This document shows positions 61,186 through 64,000 of a stretch of DNA of 64,000 nucleotides, piece after piece. The DNA is from Candidatus Poribacteria bacterium. Lineage in GTDB: Bacteria > Poribacteria > WGA-4E > WGA-3G. The stretch's first letter is position 1; each line of letters starts with the position of its first letter. The stretch covers positions 1,504,001-1,568,000 of the forward strand of contig OZ219753.1 in assembly GCA_964291315.2 (NCBI GenBank). The letters run 5' to 3'. A program made the position numbers and the translations under genes. The notes below the pieces were generated by a model, which saw only the letters and a program-made list of their open reading frames with translations, was not told the DNA's origin and ran no database searches.

Positions 61186-61496
61186 GATAGTTCCTCCTTT
61201 TGGGCATTGGACTCACGGATTTCCTTAGTATATTCAAGCAAGACTCGTTCAAACTGCGCTATAGCCTCACTTGTAAGCTGCACACGTAATAAAGAATTAA
61301 TCCGTTTTGGAGATTTAAATGCTTTCTGTATGCACGATTGTGCACAGCAGACATAAGTCCCGCGCCCCTCATATTTCCTTTCTCCATCCATTTGTAGCGT
61401 TCCGGATCCTCGGCATACAAACCGAATGAGCGTTTTCTGCAGAAATTTACCACGGCACCCAACACAAGTGCGAATAACGTTCCTCAAAAATTTCAC
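61182..61496 (-). CDS. ylxR: YlxR/RnpM family RNA-binding protein
   Basis: RTCVGCR, LIRFV, GRGTYVC..C; between nusA and infB. Confidence 0.88.
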   Translation of the reverse strand: MKFLRNVIRTCVGCRGKFLQKTLIRFVCRGSGTLQMDGERKYEGRGTYVCCAQSCIQKAFKSPKRINSLLRVQLTSEAIAQFERVLLEYTKEIRESNAQKEELS

Positions 61497-61585
61497 CCAT
61501 TTTTATAAACTGGCTCCCGAGCCATCAAATTAGTGCATCCGTAGTCCTTGCCTTGGAAAGCCGAGTCAAAAAAGATCTTGGAGCC

Positions 61586-62845
61586 TTATTCAGGTTCAAA
61601 GTCAAAATTATCTTCTTTGACATAGGTTTCAGATTGATTCGGCTCGGGGCTTTCTTCAGAGTCTGTCACAGAGGCATCTTCTGCTTGTATTTCCGTTTTT
61701 TCATCACTTTCTTCGAGATTCATCTGTGTTTCCTGAGCAGCGTCCGGGCCAAGTGTATCAAATTCTTCATCAGCCGGTGCTGGTTTAAAAAGTTCATCGA
61801 TCGAAACAGTCGACTCCGATTCACTCTTTATGTCGACTTTCCAGCCTGTCAATTTTGCAGCGAGTCTGGCGTTCTGTCCCCGTTTACCAATTGCTAAGGA
61901 GAGTTGGTTATCCGGAACAATCACGCGTGCACTTTTATTGTTTTCGCTAAGTTCCACCCGCCGCACGCTGGCTGGACGTAAGGCGTTAGCGATAAAGACG
62001 CTTGGATCCTCGCTCCATTCTAGAAGGTCGATTTTCTCGTCATCAAGCTCGCTGACGATATTTTGGACCCGGCTTCCCTTAACCCCAACACATGTTCCGA
62101 CGGCATCTATGTCTTCCTCGATCGCTTTGACCGCGACTTTCGCTCTGTTTCCGGGGTCACGGGCAACTGCCATGATACGAACTTGTCCCTCATAGATTTC
62201 AGGAACTTCCTGTTCAAAAAGCATTGTGAGGAGGTCCTGATGCGTACGAGATACAATAACAGGAGCACCACGTGTTTCATTTTTCACAGATAAAATTAAA
62301 CATTGCAGACGTTTACCGGGCTCATAGCTATTCCGATCTGGCGTTTCGCAACGCGGCAAGAACGCCTCCGTCTGTCCAAGATCTAAGGTAAAGCCACCGT
62401 TTTCAGACTTTTGAATAACGTGTCCTGTGACGATTTCGCCTTCGCGATCCGCGAATTCCTGATAGATTTTTTCACGTTCTGCTTGCTTAATCTTTTGGGC
62501 AAATATTTGCATTCCCAACTGGGCAGACCGGCGCCCAAATTCACTGGGAGTAATTTCGACTTGCAACACCTGCCCGAGCTCGGCATCTGCTTGGAGTTTC
62601 CTTGCCTCCTCAATCGGGATCTCTGTCGAGAAATCTCGCAGAATGTTAACGACTTTCTTCGGGACATAGCACCTAATGTTTCCTTTGTTCTTGAGGTCAA
62701 TCTCCACAGAAATATTGGCATCCGCCCCGTAGATCCGGCGTGCAGCAGCACACAAAGAGGCTTCTATGGCTTCAATATAAACGTGCTCCGGAAGTTCTGT
62801 TTGTCCTATGTTTTGCCGGATGGCGTTTTGTAGATTTTCTAACAT
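61586..62845 (-). CDS. nusA: Transcription termination factor NusA
   Basis: FGR..AQ, VSRT, EVPEI, ARDPG.RAK, GTCVGVKGSR, SLAIGKRGQNARLA; acidic tail. Confidence 0.97.
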   Translation of the reverse strand: MLENLQNAIRQNIGQTELPEHVYIEAIEASLCAAARRIYGADANISVEIDLKNKGNIRCYVPKKVVNILRDFSTEIPIEEARKLQADAELGQVLQVEITPSEFGRRSAQLGMQIFAQKIKQAEREKIYQEFADREGEIVTGHVIQKSENGGFTLDLGQTEAFLPRCETPDRNSYEPGKRLQCLILSVKNETRGAPVIVSRTHQDLLTMLFEQEVPEIYEGQVRIMAVARDPGNRAKVAVKAIEEDIDAVGTCVGVKGSRVQNIVSELDDEKIDLLEWSEDPSVFIANALRPASVRRVELSENNKSARVIVPDNQLSLAIGKRGQNARLAAKLTGWKVDIKSESESTVSIDELFKPAPADEEFDTLGPDAAQETQMNLEESDEKTEIQAEDASVTDSEESPEPNQSETYVKEDNFDFEPE

Positions 62846-62945
62846 AAATAATATCCGCGGTGCCTTTTGCGGTCAACCCGCGTACTCCTTTCCGAATTTT
62901 TATGTGTAGGTCTGTTGAATATACCCTGATAAATTGCCGTACCGA

Positions 62946-63395
62946 CTACCATTTCAGGTGTATGTGGGCGTTATGGATCTCTGAAATGTTAATAGAGACA
63001 TGGTCTCCATTCGTTTCTGTTAAGAGCACCTTTTCATCGGATACCTCTGTCACCACGCCTTGCACCTGGTATTTGCTGTCCTCCTTTGGATCGACTTCTA
63101 TCCGAACAGTACGTCCGCAATTCCGATGAAAGTCCGCAGCCGTTTGCAACGGTCTGTCCAATCCCGGGGAGGCTATTTCTAACTGCTTGTAACGCATTAA
63201 GTACGCGTGCACCTCTAAGATCGGGCGCACAAGACTGCTTACTGCTTGGCAATCTGATACTGACAAACCGCAGGGCTTGTGAATGAGGAGTCGTAGGGTT
63301 TTTAAAGACGTTTCAACATCTACAAGTTCAATACCATCAATGTCAAGTATGGGTGCTAACAGTTCAAAAATCGAGTCCTTCTCAGTGTCTGTCAT
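62946..63395 (-). CDS. rimP: Ribosome maturation factor RimP
   Basis: ELVDVE, DC..VS, LEIASPGLDRPL; first gene of the nusA operon. Confidence 0.93.
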   Translation of the reverse strand: MTDTEKDSIFELLAPILDIDGIELVDVETSLKTLRLLIHKPCGLSVSDCQAVSSLVRPILEVHAYLMRYKQLEIASPGLDRPLQTAADFHRNCGRTVRIEVDPKEDSKYQVQGVVTEVSDEKVLLTETNGDHVSINISEIHNAHIHLKW

Positions 63396-63404
63396 AGTGA
63401 ATAT

Positions 63405-63587
63405 AAAAAAACGCGATCTTTCCCAATAATAGAGGTTCTTCGCTGTTCATTTAGAGCAGGTCGCACGCAGATGATTACGGAGAACTAAGGTGTAAAAACC
63501 TGATTCTTAATCCGGAGATAATGCGTTTTACGACTTCTACCGATGTTTAAGCAGCAGTGCTTGGATTCTCGCGGAACTATCTCTATT
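63405..63587 (-). promoter_or_regulatory. Putative structured rimP leader/attenuator
   Basis: AATAGAG/CTCTATT and GTTC/GAAC ends pair across ~160 nt; T7 run just before the rimP start. Confidence 0.35.
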
Positions 63588-63676
63588 CTTACATAATACA
63601 CCTTTTTTAGCAAGCAAATTTGCTTCTAAGGCTACTTCCGCGCCGTTTAGGTGAATGTGTTCTATTGTTGTGTGTA

Positions 63677-63836
63677 TATCTAAAATTATTACGGATCAAG
63701 GAGTCGAATTCTGCAACGGCTTCCATCCGTAAAACATCTCTATAGAGAGTTAAGGAGGCATCCTAGTCACGGGTTTGGACAGCAATATGATGCGTGCCAC
63801 CGCCTAGATTACTGAATTCTTTGTCCCGGCTGCCAT
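63677..63836 (-). pseudogene. VOC/glyoxalase pseudogene fragment
   Basis: AAGGAGG + ATG MAAGTKNSVI, frameshift, then GGGTHHIAVQTRD*DASLTLYRDVLRMEAVAEF, then truncated. Confidence 0.65.
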
Positions 63837-64000
63837 ATTAATCCTCCTTACTCTTCGATTCCTCAGCTTCGGTAGGTACGGTTCGGAACAGGACCGTTAC
63901 TAGTAATGACCCAGGCATCACCGATATTGATCTTTTACTTCATAGATTTTCAATAGTTGCGATATGAATAATTACAAATATATATTGTATCATAATGTGT

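Noticed and set aside
1-64000. CRISPR array, rRNA, tRNA, integrase or transposase
   Set aside because: No regularly spaced repeats, cloverleafs, rRNA signatures or recombinase motifs seen by eye

Overview
Bacterial chromosomal window, probably Candidatus Poribacteria. This is an inference from the VEPxxKLATTWxxIK C-terminal signature of the first ORF and from intergenic repeats. The backbone is housekeeping and mostly on the minus strand: rimP-nusA-ylxR-infB-DUF503-rbfA-DHH-ribF, rpsO-pnp, gcvT/H/P, trkA/H, pdxH, a nuoA-N complex I operon (no nuoI; an ion-transporter gene sits between nuoM and nuoN) and copA. DNA-modification/defence genes are wedged into these operons: (1) a SNF2-DUF3883 + small ORF + DUF1156 methylase + DUF499 ATPase system translationally coupled to copA and followed by a Uma2 nuclease; (2) an MTase-HNH fusion between nuoD and nuoE; (3) a type IIG/ISP-like RM fusion; (4) a tandem pair of near-identical methyltransferases inside the gcv operon that differ in their central specificity region, the second copy having cleanly lost its nuclease domain. 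Other notable signals are a structured orphan ncRNA candidate under a perfect sigma70 promoter that ends in an IS200/IS605 right-end-like motif, and an SH3b-like protein carrying three copies of a ~70 aa module inserted in frame, one nested inside another. No rRNA, tRNA, CRISPR array or intact transposase was seen. All assignments come from motif reading only; no searches were run.
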